64,000 nt of DNA, taken from contig CAWDPO010000015.1 of NCBI GenBank assembly GCA_963804165.1, positions 1-64,000 of the forward strand, read 5' to 3'. The notes beneath the pieces were generated by a model. The model saw nothing but the letters and a program-made list of their open reading frames with translations, ran no database searches and was not told the DNA's origin. The DNA comes from an uncultured delta proteobacterium. Its GTDB lineage: Bacteria; Desulfobacterota; Binatia; UBA9968. Every line of letters starts with the position of its first letter. Positions within the stretch are counted from its first letter, which is position 1. Positions 12,629-24,933 of this stretch are shown piece after piece. A program made the position numbers and the translations under genes.

Positions 12629-14152
12629 TCATAGAAGCAGAGCGCACAACGCGGTTATGACCAGGATGCCGGCAAGGTTCAGCCAGAAACCCGCTTTCAT
12701 CATCTGCGGCATGCGCACCAGCCCGGTTCCGAAGACAATCGCATTGGGCGGCGTCCCCACCGGCATCATGTACGCACTGCTCGCGCCCAACGTGCACGCG
12801 ATAACCAGGGCATAAGGATCGATTCCGAGTTGTGGGGCCATCGCAGCAAGCACCGGAAGCATGGTCGCCACCTGCGCGGTGTTGGAGGTGAGCTCGGAAA
12901 GGAACACGGTCATCGTCGTAATAGCAAGCAGGAGTACAACGGGCTGCAAACCGGCAAAGCCTCGACTCGCGTTGCCGATGAAACCCGAGACGCCGTTCGC
13001 TTCAATCGCAGCTGCGAGCGTGAGGCCGCCGCCGAACAACATCAGCACACCCAGGGGAGTTTCACAGCCGTGCGCCAGTCCATGGCGCGGATGCAATTGG
13101 CGCGATCCACCGGAATCAGAAACAGCGCCATCGCTGCCAGCATGGCGATGCCGGTGTCGGAGAGCCCCGCCAGCGGCTTCACGCCGGCGATGACGATCGG
13201 TTTGAGCAATGGGCTGCAGGTCCAGAGAAAGGCGGTCACGGAAAACACGGCCAATACCACCTTCTCGCCGCGGGTGAGTGGTCCCAGCTTGCGGTACTGT
13301 TCGTCGAAATGCTTGCGGCCACCCGGAATTTCGCCGATGTCAGAACGAAACAGCACTTGAGTAATCAGCAACCAGGCGATCGGCAGGAAGATCAGCGTGA
13401 ACGGCCCGCCGATCAAAATCCAGTCGAAGAAGGTCACCTCCTTCTGAAACGTTTGCTGCATGTAACGCACGGCGATGCCGTTAGGCGGAGAGCCGATAAT
13501 CGTCGCAATTCCGCCGATCGATGCGGCATAGGCAATAGATAGCAGCAAACCCGTGGCGAAGTTGCGCTCGGGAATGCGATCCTGGGGTATGCCTGCCGAT
13601 TCCTTGAGACCGATGCCGGTGCGGCTCCGCAAGACCAGGTCGATGACGCTCAATCCGATCGGCACCATCATGGCTGCGCACGCTGTGTTCGACACCCACA
13701 TACTCAGGAAAGCGGTGACCGCCATGAAGCCGCCGACGATCGCGCCCGGGCGGGCGCCGACCAGCTTCAAGAGTGAAAAAAGCGATGCGCTGGTCGAGCC
13801 CCCAGCGCTCGATCGCAAGACCGATGATGAAGCCGCCCATGAAGAGAAAAATCACATCCGCCGCATCGGCTGGGAGAACTTTGCTGAGAGACGCAATGCC
13901 GAACAGCGGGAAGATCGCGATGGGCAGGAGCGCGGTAACCTCGATATCGACCGCCTCGGTGACCCACCACGTGGCCATCCAAACCATCATGCCCAGTGTG
14001 GCGCGGCCGGGAGAATTCGATCCACTCGCCAGCGCCGCCCGTGTAATGAAGCGGCAGCAGATGGTAACAGAGCAGCCCCAACACTGGGCCGCCAAAGAGG
14101 CCGAAGCGTTTGATCTGCGCGACTCATTCAGTGACTCCCGGTGCCGTCGCAA
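12629..14152 (-). CDS. SLC13/DASS sodium:dicarboxylate symporter (frameshifted)
   Basis: LSMWVSNTA, TIIGSPPN, ELTSNTA, MPVGTPPNAIV motifs. Confidence 0.9.
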
Positions 14153-14286
14153 TCACGTTTTGGTGTTGATAAGGGTGGGATGTTGGTTCCGCTCGGTCGG
14201 ACTCGAACCCTAATGCTCGTTTTGGTCCTGATCCTTCCAAACGTGCTCCTGCTTTGCAGGTTTCGCCCCGGCGATGCCCGGACTGG

Positions 14287-15674
14287 TCATTTCGAAAAGG
14301 GGGGGGACTCGAGAATGGCGTTGAGCTGCTCGCTGGTAAGCAGCTTATCGCGCAGGATTAGCTCGCGGACAGGTTTGCCGGTGGCAATCGCCTCGCCCGC
14401 GATACGCGCCGCGGTCTCGTAGCCGACATGCGGGTTGATCGCGGTGATCACACCGACGCTGCCGTCAACATAGGCGCTCATGCGTTCGGTATTGGCGGTA
14501 AGTCCTTCCACCAGATATTCGCGAAGAAGACCGCGAAGACATTGGTCATGATGCTGATCGACTGGAGCAGGTTAAAAGAACAGCACCGGCTCCATAACGT
14601 TGAGCTCGAACTGGCCGGCCTCCGAAGATAGACAAATCGTATTGTCATTGCCGATCACCTGGAACGCCACTTGATTCACCACCTCTGCCATCACCGGGTT
14701 CACTTTTCCCGGCATGATGCTCGATCCCGGCTGGCGCGGCGGCAGGTTCAGCTCGCCGAGCCCGCAGCGCGGCCCCGACGCCATCAGCCGCAGATCGTTG
14801 GCGATCTTGGAGAGGTTCATCATGCAAACCTTGAGAGCCGCCGAAATCTCGGTGTAGCCGTCGGTGTTCTGAGTCGCGTCGACCAGATCCTCGGCGCGCT
14901 TGATCGGCAAGCCAATGAACTCGGCGAGGTATTTTGCCCCGAACTCGATATAGGCGGGATCGGCGTTCAGCCCGGTGCCGACCGCGGTCGCGCCCATGTT
15001 CACTTCGAGCAGCTGCAGTCCGACGCCTCGGATGCGTTCGATATCGCGACCAATGACGCGACGGTACGCGCCGAACTCCTGACCGAGGCGAATCGGCACC
15101 GCGTCCTGGAGATGCGTCGGCCCATCTTGATCATTCCGCTGAACTCTTTCTCCTTTGCGGCAAAGGCTTCGTGCAGGCGCCGCAGCTCCTCCATTAGCTT
15201 CCTGCCGAGGAGCAGTGGCGATGCGAACCCCGGTTGGAAAGGAGTCGTTGGTGGACTGGGCCATGTTGACGTGGCTGTTCGGGCTGATCACCTCGTATCG
15301 GCCTTTCGGATGCCCGAGCAGCTCGAGGGCGCGGTTGGCGATCACCTCGTTGGCGTTCATGTTGATGGACGTTCCGGCGCCGCCCTGGAGCGGATCGACG
15401 ATGAACTGGTCCGTCGAGCTTACCGGCGATGACATCGTCGGCAGCGCGAGCAATCGCGTCGGCGATCTTGGACTCGATGTGACCGGTATCGCGGTTGGCG
15501 AGCGCCGCCGCTTTTTTCACGATGCCCAATGGCGCGGAACGCGCCGGATGATCGGTAGCCGGTAATGGGAAAGTTCTCCGCGCCGCGCAGCGTCTGGACG
15601 CCGTAATAGGCGTCCGCCGGAACCTCGCGGTCGCCGAGGAAATCGTGCTCGATGCGAAAATCGTTCGAAGCCAT
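14287..15674 (-). CDS. aspA: Aspartate ammonia-lyase (frameshifted)
   Basis: [52 protein letters not shown]. Confidence 0.9.
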
Positions 15675-15806
15675 AGCCTTATCTCCTTCTGTGGTTCCGC
15701 CGGCTCACCGTATCGCCGGCATCCACGGCACGCCGTGGCCAGAAACACGGCGCAGAAGATCACGCCAACAACGCGGGCCGCTTTCTCGACCACAATTATG
15801 TCTCTT

Positions 15807-16446
15807 TCACTTGAAGATTCCAGTTTTCCGGCCAGGTCGCGGTTCACGAGACCTTGCAGCGCCACGCGCAGGTCCGGCCGCGTGTCCATGAACCGGCGCA
15901 GGCTTGGAAGCGACCAGCACATGTAGCGTGCGGGCTCGGTGAAGGTTACTTCCACCGGTGAGGGTTCGCCGGTGAGCGCCAGCGCAGTGCCGATGAGGTG
16001 CCCCGGTGCCAGGGCCCCGATACATCGACCCTGCTTGTGACGTCTGCCTTCCGGTGATCGGAATGCTCACGGACGACACCGGCTCCCCTTCGGTTATGAC
16101 TCTCTCACCGGCCTCGGCATTCTTCCATTCCCCCACGAGCGACAGTGAAATGAACTCGCGGGGACGAAGCGAACGGAATCCCAAATCATAGAGCTTTTGC
16201 TCGTCCTGGGAGAGCACTACCGGACGTCGCTCCAGGTAGATACGCGCGATCTGGTAGAGATTGATGGCCGTGAATACGACTGCCCAGAGAACCGGTGGCC
16301 AGAGCACAGTACCCTGAAGGAGGAAGTACGGGATGTTGGTAAGCGCGGCGGCAACCGCAAACCAGCGCAGCCACAAAATCCCGCACCGAATACGATACAA
16401 CCATCAGGATGTTCGAGAAATGCACCAAATAATTTATAGCGTGCAT
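15807..16446 (-). CDS. Prokaryotic Popeye-domain / cNMP-binding membrane protein (frameshifted)
   Basis: Three TM helices (SYSVRD.LWLR..INLYQI), then ERRPVVLSQDEQKLY...GERVITEGEP cNMP-like domain. Confidence 0.7.
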
Positions 16447-16452
16447 ATTTAT

Positions 16453-17171
16453 CTAGTCTTCTCTCTCAACCGGTGAAGAAAAAACACGATCCAGTTTTCC
16501 TTCGAGCAGGTTATCCTGGATCATGCGCAGCCACAGCTTCCGCGCGATCTCGTCAAGAGCGACGGTCTGCTCCGAAGTAAGTAGCTTGGTCGCCACGGTG
16601 ACTTCCCCAGCTGACTCCCAAAGAATCTTCCCCGTCTGTGTGTCCCAGAGCTGCAGCCACAGCCTGAGGTAGTGACCCGACTCTGAATAAAGTTCCAGCC
16701 ATAAATCGAAAGCCGATCAATTATGACTTGATTGAACTCCGCGAGCCCTGGTAGCAGCACGTAGCGGGAGGAGAGTGCCGATCCGATCCGTTGTAGCGGT
16801 TCGCTCTCCAGAATGCCGCCTCGACCAAAGCCCGCGATCAGCGCGCCGTACTCCGCGGCCAGGCCCTGTTGATTGAGTACGTTCACTGTCTCATGAGCCG
16901 CAATTCCGCGGATGGGAGGGGACGTTTCCGAGAGCGCCGCGTTAAGGGCGTGAGACAGAGGCGGGTTGAAGCCCTGGAGACCGGCCGGGGTGACAAGGCC
17001 AAGTGTTGCCACCGGTTCGTGCGCCAGTTCGGCGACATTGAAAGACTGTGACCTCGGAGTAGACGTGGTGTGTGTATCCGACAAATATAAAGGTGTGCAA
17101 CCAATAATGAGCGCTGCCGCCAAAGGCGGGATTATTTCGCGAAATCTCCTCGTGAGCTGAATTTGAATCAT
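16453..17171 (-). CDS. Hypothetical lipoprotein (frameshift near 16670)
   Basis: IIGC lipobox-like; QLWDTQTGKILW segment in the alternate frame. Confidence 0.55.
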
Positions 17172-17194
17172 CCTGGTATCTCAAAATTCGCGGT

Positions 17195-18706
17195 TTACCG
17201 TATGAACAGCATCCAAGGAACGCCGATGGCCAGAAATACGGCGAAGAAGATCACGCCGAAAATCGCGCCGAGGCGCCAGTAGTCGGCGGCCGGCAGATAC
17301 CCACTGCCGTAGTACACCGGGCTTGGCCCGCTCGCGTAAGGGGTGATGAATACCCATGATGCCGAGCTGCAAGCAGAGACCGAGAGCGAGCGTATGCATG
17401 TTGACTCCGGGAATCGTCGACGCGACCGCGAGCAGCACCGGAATCATTGCGGTAACGTGGGCGGTGACGCTGGCAAACAAATAGTGGCCAAAAAAGTTGA
17501 TCAGCAGCAACATCGCAACCGCGATGGCCGGCGGAGTGTCGGTCAGTTGACTGGCGACGGTCTCCGCAAACCACTTCACGAATCCCACGCGAGTGAGGCC
17601 GTCGGCGAGCGCGATCAAGGTCGCGAACCACGCCAACGTGTTCCAAGCCGCGGAATTTTTGATGATGTCATCCCAGGTCACCACGCTGGTCAGCAGCATC
17701 AATGAGATAATGATGAGCGCAGCGGTGGTGGCGTTCACTTCATCCCCGCGAAAAATCCACATCACCAGAGCGATCAGGACCAGAACTGCCAGGATAATCT
17801 CCCGCTTTGTGAACCCGCCCATTTTCTCCAGCTCCTGGGCCGCCCAGCTCTGGACCTCCGTTCCCTCCTTCACCTGGGGCGGATAGATCCAGTAGACCAG
17901 CAGCGGCAACACCGCGAGCAGAAGGATGCCGACGGGAGCGAAGTATTTAAACCAGTCGATCCAGGCGATCTCGATCTGCGCGGTCTTTCGCACCAGCTCG
18001 ACGGCGAGCAGGTTGGGGGCCAGCGCGGTGAGAAACATCGAGCTGGTGATGCAGGTCGCCGCGATCGCCACCCACATAAGATAGGAGCCCATACGCCGCA
18101 TGGACGGGTCGTCGGGTTTCGAATCATAGAGGGGCGGCAAATTTTTGATTACCGGGTAGATCGTCCCGCCGCTGCGCGCGGTGCTGGAAGGAGTGAACGG
18201 CGCCAGAATCGATCGGCAATCACCACCGCGTAGCCGAGAGTCAGGGTCTTTCGCCCCATCGCCTTTACCAGCACCAGCGCGATGCGCCGGCCGAGACCGG
18301 TCTTTTCATAACCGAGAGCAAACATGAACGCGCCGAAGATCAGCCAAACCGTGCTATTCGAGAAGCCCGAAAGCGCCCAGCTCAAGGAGGCGTTAAGCGC
18401 GTTAAAACCGGGCTTGGCGAGTTGCTCCGGCGAGTAGAGGACGTACTCGGATAGTCGCGCGACCAAAGTCACGGCGATCAAGCCGATTGCGCCACCGGGC
18501 AAAGGTTCGAACATCAGACCGACGATGACGCCGGCAAAAATGGCGAAGTAGTACCACGCATACTGTGGCAGCCCCGCCGGCGCAGGGATGAGCGCAACAA
18601 TGAGCGCCACAACAATCGGGGCGAAATGTTTCCAGCCGATTTTTTTAGAGCTCTCTTTTTTGGCACTTACGGCGGGCGTTACCGTCCCGGTTTCTACCTT
18701 ACTCAT
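17195..18706 (-). CDS. DASS anion antiporter (CitT/TtdT/YbhI-like), frameshifted
   Basis: ALSGFSNSTVWLIFGAFMFALGYEKTGLGRRIAL, SSMFLTALAPNLLA, HYLFASVTAH. Confidence 0.9.
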
Positions 18707-18755
18707 ATGAGCCTCCTTTTCCGCCGCTGCGGGTTGTTACAACCCGCTTTCCCGG

Positions 18756-19497
18756 CTATTTCAATCCAACCGAAACCATTTTACGTCTGAGAAACGCGAT
18801 CTGCGTCGCCAGCGGCAGCTCCTTCGGACAGACGTCGTGACAGGCAATAAGCGACATGCAGCCGAAAACACCGTCGTCATCACCGATCAACTCGAAATAA
18901 TCGTCATCGTTGCGCCGGTCGCGCGGATCGAGACGGAAGCGCGCGATTTTGTTGAGTCCCACTGCGCCGACGAAATCCTCGCGCATGCGCGCCGTGCCGC
19001 AGGCGGCGACGCAACAGCTGCACTCGATGCAGCGATCGAGCTCGTAGATTTTTTCGGCAAGCTCCGGCTCCATCTTCTCTTCGAACCTGCGCAGATCGAC
19101 CTCCGGCTGCTTCATATGCAACCAGGTCTCTAGATCGCTCGCTCATGCCGCGCATCCACTTGCCGGTGTTGACCGAGAGATCGGCGATCAGCTCGAAAAC
19201 CGGCAGCGGCGCCAACGAGATCTCAGTACCCAAGTCTTTCGTCAACATGCGGCAGGCGAGGGTCGGACTGCCGTTAATCAACATGCCGCAGCTGCCGCAG
19301 ATGCCGGCGCGGCAGACGAAGTCGAACTCCAGTGATGGATCTTGTTTCTCGCGAATCTCCATGAGCGCGATGAACAGCGTCATGCCTTCGGCTTCTTCGA
19401 TCTCGTACGTCTGCATGCGCGGCACGCTTCCCGGCTCCTGCGGATTGAAGCGCAGAACGCTGATCTTCAGCTTGCGGGGCACGGCTTTATTTTCCAT
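18756..19497 (-). CDS. frdB: Fumarate reductase Fe-S subunit (frameshift near 19130)
   Basis: [35 protein letters not shown]. Confidence 0.92.
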
Positions 19498-19524
19498 TTT
19501 CAACTCTCCTTCAATTAAACCTAG

Positions 19525-19600
19525 GTTCAATCGCGCTTCGCGCTTCGTTCAACCGGCGCTGCAGCGCCTCCGTTCAATCGCTTCGCTCCGTTCAAGCCGG
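19525..19600. repeat. Short GTTCAA-unit intergenic repeat
   Basis: Four GTTCAA units; GTTCAATCGC..CTTCG repeated between fumC and frdB. Confidence 0.5.
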
Positions 19601-19630
19601 TCACCCTACGCACCCACTGCGAGACCAGGC

Positions 19631-21027
19631 TCACATTCCCGGAGTGATCATTTCTTCGGGCTTGATCCACTTGTCGAAGTCCTCCGCTTTCACCAACCCA
19701 AGCGCCAGCGCGGCTTCTTTGAGGGTCGTGCCGTCGGCGTGAGCCTTTTTGGCGATCTTGGCCGCGTTGTCGTAACCGATGTGCGGGTTGAGCGCGGTCA
19801 CCAGCATCAAGCTTTTCTTCATCAGCTCGTCGATGCGGGCGGCGTTGGGCTGGAGACCTGCGATACAGTGCTCGGTGAAGCCCTCCACGCCTTTGGCCAA
19901 GAGCTTGGCGGAGTGAATGAAGTTGTGGATCATCAGCGGTTTGAAGACATTAAGCTCGAAGTTGCCGCTGGCTCCGCCGATGTTGACAGCCACGTCGTTG
20001 CCCAAGACCTGGGCGCAGATCATGGTGAGTGCCTCGCTCTGCGTGGGGTTGACCTTGCCCGGCATGATCGAGCTGCCGGGCTCGTTCTCCGGAATGCTGA
20101 TTTCCCCCAGGCCCGCCCGAGGACCCAGGCGAGCCAGCGCACGTCGTTGGCAATCTTCATCAGGGAGCACGCCAACGTTTTGAGCGCCCCATGGGCGAAA
20201 ACCAGCGCGTCGTGGCCGGCCAGAGCTTCGAATTTGTTCGGAGCGCTGACAAAGGGTTGGTTGGTCAGCGATGCGATCTTTGCCGCCCCTTTGGTGGCGA
20301 ACTCGGGATGTGTGTTGAGGCCGGTTCCAACCGCCGTGCCGCCGAGAGCCAGCTCGTACAGTTGGGGCAGAGTCGCGGCGATGCGCTGTAATCCGTGGTC
20401 CACCATCTGCGCCCAACCCGAAATCTCTTGACCCAGGCTGAGCGGCGTGGCGTCCATGAGGTGAGTGCGGCCGATCTTGATTACGTTGGCGTGAGCGCTC
20501 GCCTTGTTTTCAAGAGTTTTCTTCAAATCCTTCAATGCTTCGACCAGCCGGCCCAACACCTCCACTGCAGCGATATGCATGGCGGTGGGAAAGGTGTCGT
20601 TGGAGCTCTGCGCTTTGTTGACGTCGTCATTGGGATGGATGGGTTTTTTGCTCCCCATCACGCCGCCGGAAATTTCGATGGCCCGGTTGCTGATCACCTC
20701 GTTGACGTTCATGTTGGTCTGGGTACCCGAACCGGTCTGCCAAATCACCAGCGGAAAATGTTCGTCGAGCTTGCCCGCAATGACCTCGTCGGCGACCTGA
20801 ATGATCAGATCGCCTTTTTCCTTAGGCAAAAGTTCCAGCTCGACATTGGCCATCGCGGCGGCCTTTTTGAGGATGCCGAAAGCCTTGATGAGCTCTCTCG
20901 GCATCGTGTCGCGTCCCGCCCCCGCCTGAAAATATTTGAGAGACCGCTGTGTCTGCGCGCCCCAGTAACGGTCCGATGGGACCGCAATATCGCCCATAGT
21001 ATCTTTCTCGATCCGAGTCTCAGCCAT
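19631..21027 (-). CDS. fumC: Class II fumarate hydratase (frameshift near 20130)
   Basis: [49 protein letters not shown]. Confidence 0.95.
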
Positions 21028-21167
21028 GGCGGATACTCCTTTCGTGTCCCGCTACAATACCGCAAAAAAGGGGGACTCGAGCCGATTCAAGGTGATCCGT
21101 CTCGATTGCGCATTGCGAAACGTTAGTTCAACGCTGAACGCTCTCGCATTCACTCGGGTCCGAAATT

Positions 21168-23180
21168 TTATCCTGCTCGCACGTCGCGAGGCTCTCCACG
21201 GTCCGCAATCGTTTCGCCAAGCCGTTCATTCTTGCCGCGCAGGGTCTTCGGCAACAGATGCTCGTAGGGCATCAGCTTCGCCTGTACCGTAAAGCGATCC
21301 GCGCCATCTCGCGATTGCTTGAGCGCATCGACCTCCGCCATGCGTCTGGCCGTGTCGGCATGATCGATGTGGTCCTTGGCGCCGTAGCCGCGCCAGCCCG
21401 GCGGCAATTCCATTTTCATGACATCAATTTTTTCGTAGGCGAGCGACGGCAGGGTGTCGCTTTCCGACTTCCAAGTCGCCAAGGTGCGGTTCAGCCACTC
21501 GGCGTCGTTGCGGCGCGGGAAGTCCTCGCGGAAGTGAGCGCCGCGGCTTTCGGTTCGCTGGAGCGCGCCATAGGCGACGCACAGCGCCATCTTGAGCATT
21601 TTCTGCACCCGATAGGCCGTCACCAGCTCAGGATTGGCGCCCCGCGCCTTATAGCGCAGGCCAATGTTGCGGCTGCGCAATAAGAGTTGCTGTAACTCGT
21701 GCACCGCCTCCTCCAACACTGGGCCGCGACGAAAAATGCCGACTTTATTCGTCATGAGCGTCTGCATCTCGCCCATGATCGTCGCGGCGTTTTCCGTGCC
21801 GCGGCCGTCGATCAATACGTCGATCTTGGCTTGCTCCCGGCGCAGCGCTTCCTCGATCACGCCGGTAGGAATATTCCCGGCCTTGTCCCTCTCGCAGAAG
21901 TCGGCGATAAACTCGCCGACGATCATGCCGGCTGCCACTGTCTCGGCCACCGAGTTACCGCCCAACCGGTTGAAGCCATGCATGTCCCAGCACGCCGCTT
22001 CGCCGGCCGAGAATAATCCCTTCAAGGTCGGACTTTCGCCGGTATAATTCGTGCGCACGCCGCCCATGGTGTAGTGCTGTGCCGGCCGCACCGGCACCCA
22101 GTCTTTCACCGGATCGACGCCAAGAAAGTAATGACAGATCTCGTAAACCTCACGCAGGTTGTGCTTAATGTGGTGCTCGCCCAATAGCGTGATATCCAGC
22201 CACAGATGGTCGCCGAATCGCGACTTGACGCCTTTGCCCTTGGCGATGTGCTCTTCCATGCGCCGTGAAACCACGTCGCGGGAGGCGAGCTCCTTTTTCT
22301 CCGGCTCATAGTCGGGCATGAAACGGTGGCCGTCGACGTCTTTCAGCAAGCCGCCGTCACCGCGCGCGCCCTCGGTCAGAAGAATGCCTGCCGGAAAGGC
22401 AGGCGTCGGATGGAACTGTACCGCCTCCATGTTCCCCAGGGTGGCAACACCGGTCTCCAGCGCGATGGCGGTCGGAATACCTTCGGAGATCACCGCATTC
22501 GTCGTCACGCGGTAGAGCCGCCCTGCACCGCCCCCGGTTATCGCGGTGGCTTTCGAGACGTAGGCTACCAACTCGCCGGTGACCAAGTTGCGAACTATGG
22601 TGCCATAACAACGAGCACCGTCATGGATCAAGGCGATCGCTTCGGCGCGCTCGTGCACCGGGATCTGATGAGCGATCGCTTGGTCACTCATCGTAAACAG
22701 CATCGCGTGCCCCGTGCCGTCCGAGACATAACAAGTTCGCCACTTGTTGGTGCCGCCGAAGGCGCGCTGAGCGATCAATCCATGGGCTTCATCGCGCTCG
22801 GTGATCGTGACTTTCTGACCGTTGATGATCACGTCGCGGTCGCCTCTGGTGACGCGGCTCCATGGTAAACCCCAAGCCGCCAGCTCGCGCACCGCTTTGG
22901 GCGCGGTGTCGACGAACATGCGCACGACTTCCTGGTCGGCGCCCCAGTCGCTGCCGCGCACCGTGTCTTCGAAGTGCACGTCTTCGTTGTCGCCCTCGCC
23001 CTTGATGACGTTGCCGAGGCTCGCCTGCATACCGCCTTGTGCCGCGGCGGAATGCGAGCGCTTCGGCGGCACGAGAGACAGAATGATCACGTCATGACCG
23101 CGCCTTTTGGCGCCGATGCCGATGCGCAAACCTGCGAGACCGCCGCCGATGACCAAAACGTCGGTATAGATTATCTTCAT
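21168..23180 (-). CDS. frdA: Fumarate reductase flavoprotein subunit (Wolinella/Desulfovibrio type)
   Basis: [16 protein letters not shown] covalent-FAD His, [21 protein letters not shown]. Confidence 0.95.
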   Translation of the reverse strand: MKIIYTDVLVIGGGLAGLRIGIGAKRRGHDVIILSLVPPKRSHSAAAQGGMQASLGNVIKGEGDNEDVHFEDTVRGSDWGADQEVVRMFVDTAPKAVRELAAWGLPWSRVTRGDRDVIINGQKVTITERDEAHGLIAQRAFGGTNKWRTCYVSDGTGHAMLFTMSDQAIAHQIPVHERAEAIALIHDGARCYGTIVRNLVTGELVAYVSKATAITGGGAGRLYRVTTNAVISEGIPTAIALETGVATLGNMEAVQFHPTPAFPAGILLTEGARGDGGLLKDVDGHRFMPDYEPEKKELASRDVVSRRMEEHIAKGKGVKSRFGDHLWLDITLLGEHHIKHNLREVYEICHYFLGVDPVKDWVPVRPAQHYTMGGVRTNYTGESPTLKGLFSAGEAACWDMHGFNRLGGNSVAETVAAGMIVGEFIADFCERDKAGNIPTGVIEEALRREQAKIDVLIDGRGTENAATIMGEMQTLMTNKVGIFRRGPVLEEAVHELQQLLLRSRNIGLRYKARGANPELVTAYRVQKMLKMALCVAYGALQRTESRGAHFREDFPRRNDAEWLNRTLATWKSESDTLPSLAYEKIDVMKMELPPGWRGYGAKDHIDHADTARRMAEVDALKQSRDGADRFTVQAKLMPYEHLLPKTLRGKNERLGETIADRGEPRDVRAG

Positions 23181-23244
23181 GGCTTAACTTCTTTCGTCAG
23201 AATCATTTCAAGAATTTTTCTGCCAAGCACAGGAAAAAAATTCA

Positions 23245-23395
23245 AAATCCGAATATCGAAATCCGAAACAAAGGCAGACAAAATTTTCAAAACCGGCAAA
23301 TCCAAATTACCGAATCCGAATGCCTCTCGTTTAGAATTTTCCGTATTTTGATCATTTGAGATTGTTTCGGATTTCGGGTTTCGTGCTTCGAATTT
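23245..23395. repeat. AT-rich heptamer-unit inverted repeat (AAATCCG/AATATCG ... TTTCGGA)
   Basis: AAATCCGAATATCGAAATCCGAAACAA pairs with TTGTTTCGGATTTCGGGTTTCGTGCTTCGAATTT; lies between frdC and frdA. Confidence 0.75.
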
Positions 23396-23403
23396 TGGCC
23401 CCG

Positions 23404-24179
23404 TTAGCGTTGCTGGACCGGCGCGGCGTGGGATGGCACATAGCGCTCGCCGAGCCGGTCGCGGCGCTCGTGGCCGAGCTTCATGTATGCGGCCAAGGTG
23501 AGCAGCCCGAGCGTGAGAAAGAAAATCGTGATCGCCCACTTGAGCCGCTTGAGCATCTATGCGCGTCCGATTCGGATCTTTGCCTTCGAACCAGCCCCAC
23601 TTTACCGCCAAGCCGATACAGGCCGACTCCACCGTGCAGCTCGACGGCAAACAACAAGACGAGATACAGCGGCCACCAGCGGCCGCTCCACACGCGCTCC
23701 GCCGATTCGTAAGGGCCGATGTCGCCGGGATGCATGAGCATCTGGTAGAGATGAACCGAAGCCAGAAAGAAGAGCGCGAAGCCGGTCCACGCCTGCACCC
23801 ACCAAAGCGTGGTGTCTTCATGGCGCAGCATTTGGCGGTGGCTGGCGAAACCTTTGTATTCTTGAAAGTTCGCAGGAAATTTTCGCATGGCGAGCAAGCC
23901 ATGGAGCACGAACAGGAACGAAACCACGGCGACGACTGCAGCCACGATACCGGGATAGGCTTTGCCGAAAATAAACTGTCCCTCGAACATCTTGGTCACC
24001 CACCACATGGCATCGTTGCTGATCAGAATCGTCGATACGAAAGCCATATGGCCCCACATGAAGAGGCCCAAGAACAATCCGCTCGCGCTCTGGGCAAAAT
24101 CCAAACGCGCCGGCCAGTGACTCTTTCGCGCTTTGAGGTCGAGACCGGTTCCGGCAATGACATCGACTTGGTCATTCAT
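23404..24179 (-). CDS. frdC: Fumarate reductase cytochrome b subunit (diheme, 5-TM type; frameshift near 23560)
   Basis: PARLDFAQSASGL..MWGHM, LHGLLAMRKFP, SVHL, VELHGGVGLYRL. Confidence 0.9.
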
Positions 24180-24273
24180 GGCTCTTCCTCCATCTCTATG
24201 CCGCTCGGTTCAGTATTGGACGTGGTAGCCCGGGTGAGTTTTCTTAAACGCGTATCAGGAAGCCGCTGGGGCG

Positions 24274-24297
24274 CATATTGGACCTTAGTCCAACATG
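24274..24297. promoter_or_regulatory. Palindromic operator copy 3 (CATATTGGACCTTAGTCCAACATG)
   Basis: About 95 bp upstream of frdC; extra half site TATTGGAC at 24214. Confidence 0.7.
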
Positions 24298-24432
24298 GCG
24301 CGACCACCCAGGGCAGAAAGCCGCGGTGAAGATCGCGAAGAAAAGAGTCGAAAGATGGTGCACAGTCGCGGTAATCGGCCGACTGCGAGGGGGTTTTGGC
24401 ACGAGTCCAGTAAGTAAGAAACTATGAGCTAG

Positions 24433-24664
24433 TCACGGAGATCTCCGCGTGACGATCCACATGAGAGTGACGATATTCAAGCCTTTTTCTCCAAGGGCTT
24501 TGATCATAGCCGGATTTCCTTTGCCGTCGGCGCCGTGGCACCCCGCGCAATTTTTGTCATACACTACCTTACCCGCGGGGGCATCGGCGGCCACAACCCA
24601 TGAAACCGGGCCATCCGAACAAGAAAACGATGCTGCTAATCGCTAATGTACACGCTATGTTCAT
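24433..24664 (-). pseudogene. Class I cytochrome c, N-terminal fragment
   Basis: Signal-like N-terminus, then (frameshift) AGKVVYDKNCAGCHGADGKG; appears truncated. Confidence 0.65.
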
Positions 24665-24675
24665 TGCTTTTCTCC

Positions 24676-24933
24676 TCATTTGAAATTCGTTCTTTTACGT
24701 CCTCGAAACATTGTTTCAGCCGTCGCGTTCGGCCGGTTCATGGGGTCAACGATGGCCGTGAGGTAAACGATAATGCCCAAACCGATGAGAGTTCCGCCGA
24801 CCCCGATGAAAAGCATGAAACTCAGGGGGCTGGACCAGTACAACGTCACGGCTTCCACCAGCAGCCCGGCAATCAGCAGGTAAGCGGCGATCTTGAGCCT
24901 TCGTTGCAATCGATAGGTAATCTCGGCCATCAT
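24676..24933 (-). CDS. Small 2-TM membrane protein
   Basis: Overlaps the napC-like stop; two hydrophobic helices. Confidence 0.6.
   Translation of the reverse strand: MMAEITYRLQRRLKIAAYLLIAGLLVEAVTLYWSSPLSFMLFIGVGGTLIGLGIIVYLTAIVDPMNRPNATAETMFRGRKRTNFK

Noticed and set aside
19145-20431. 428-aa plus-strand ORF
   Set aside because: Antisense to frdB and fumC.
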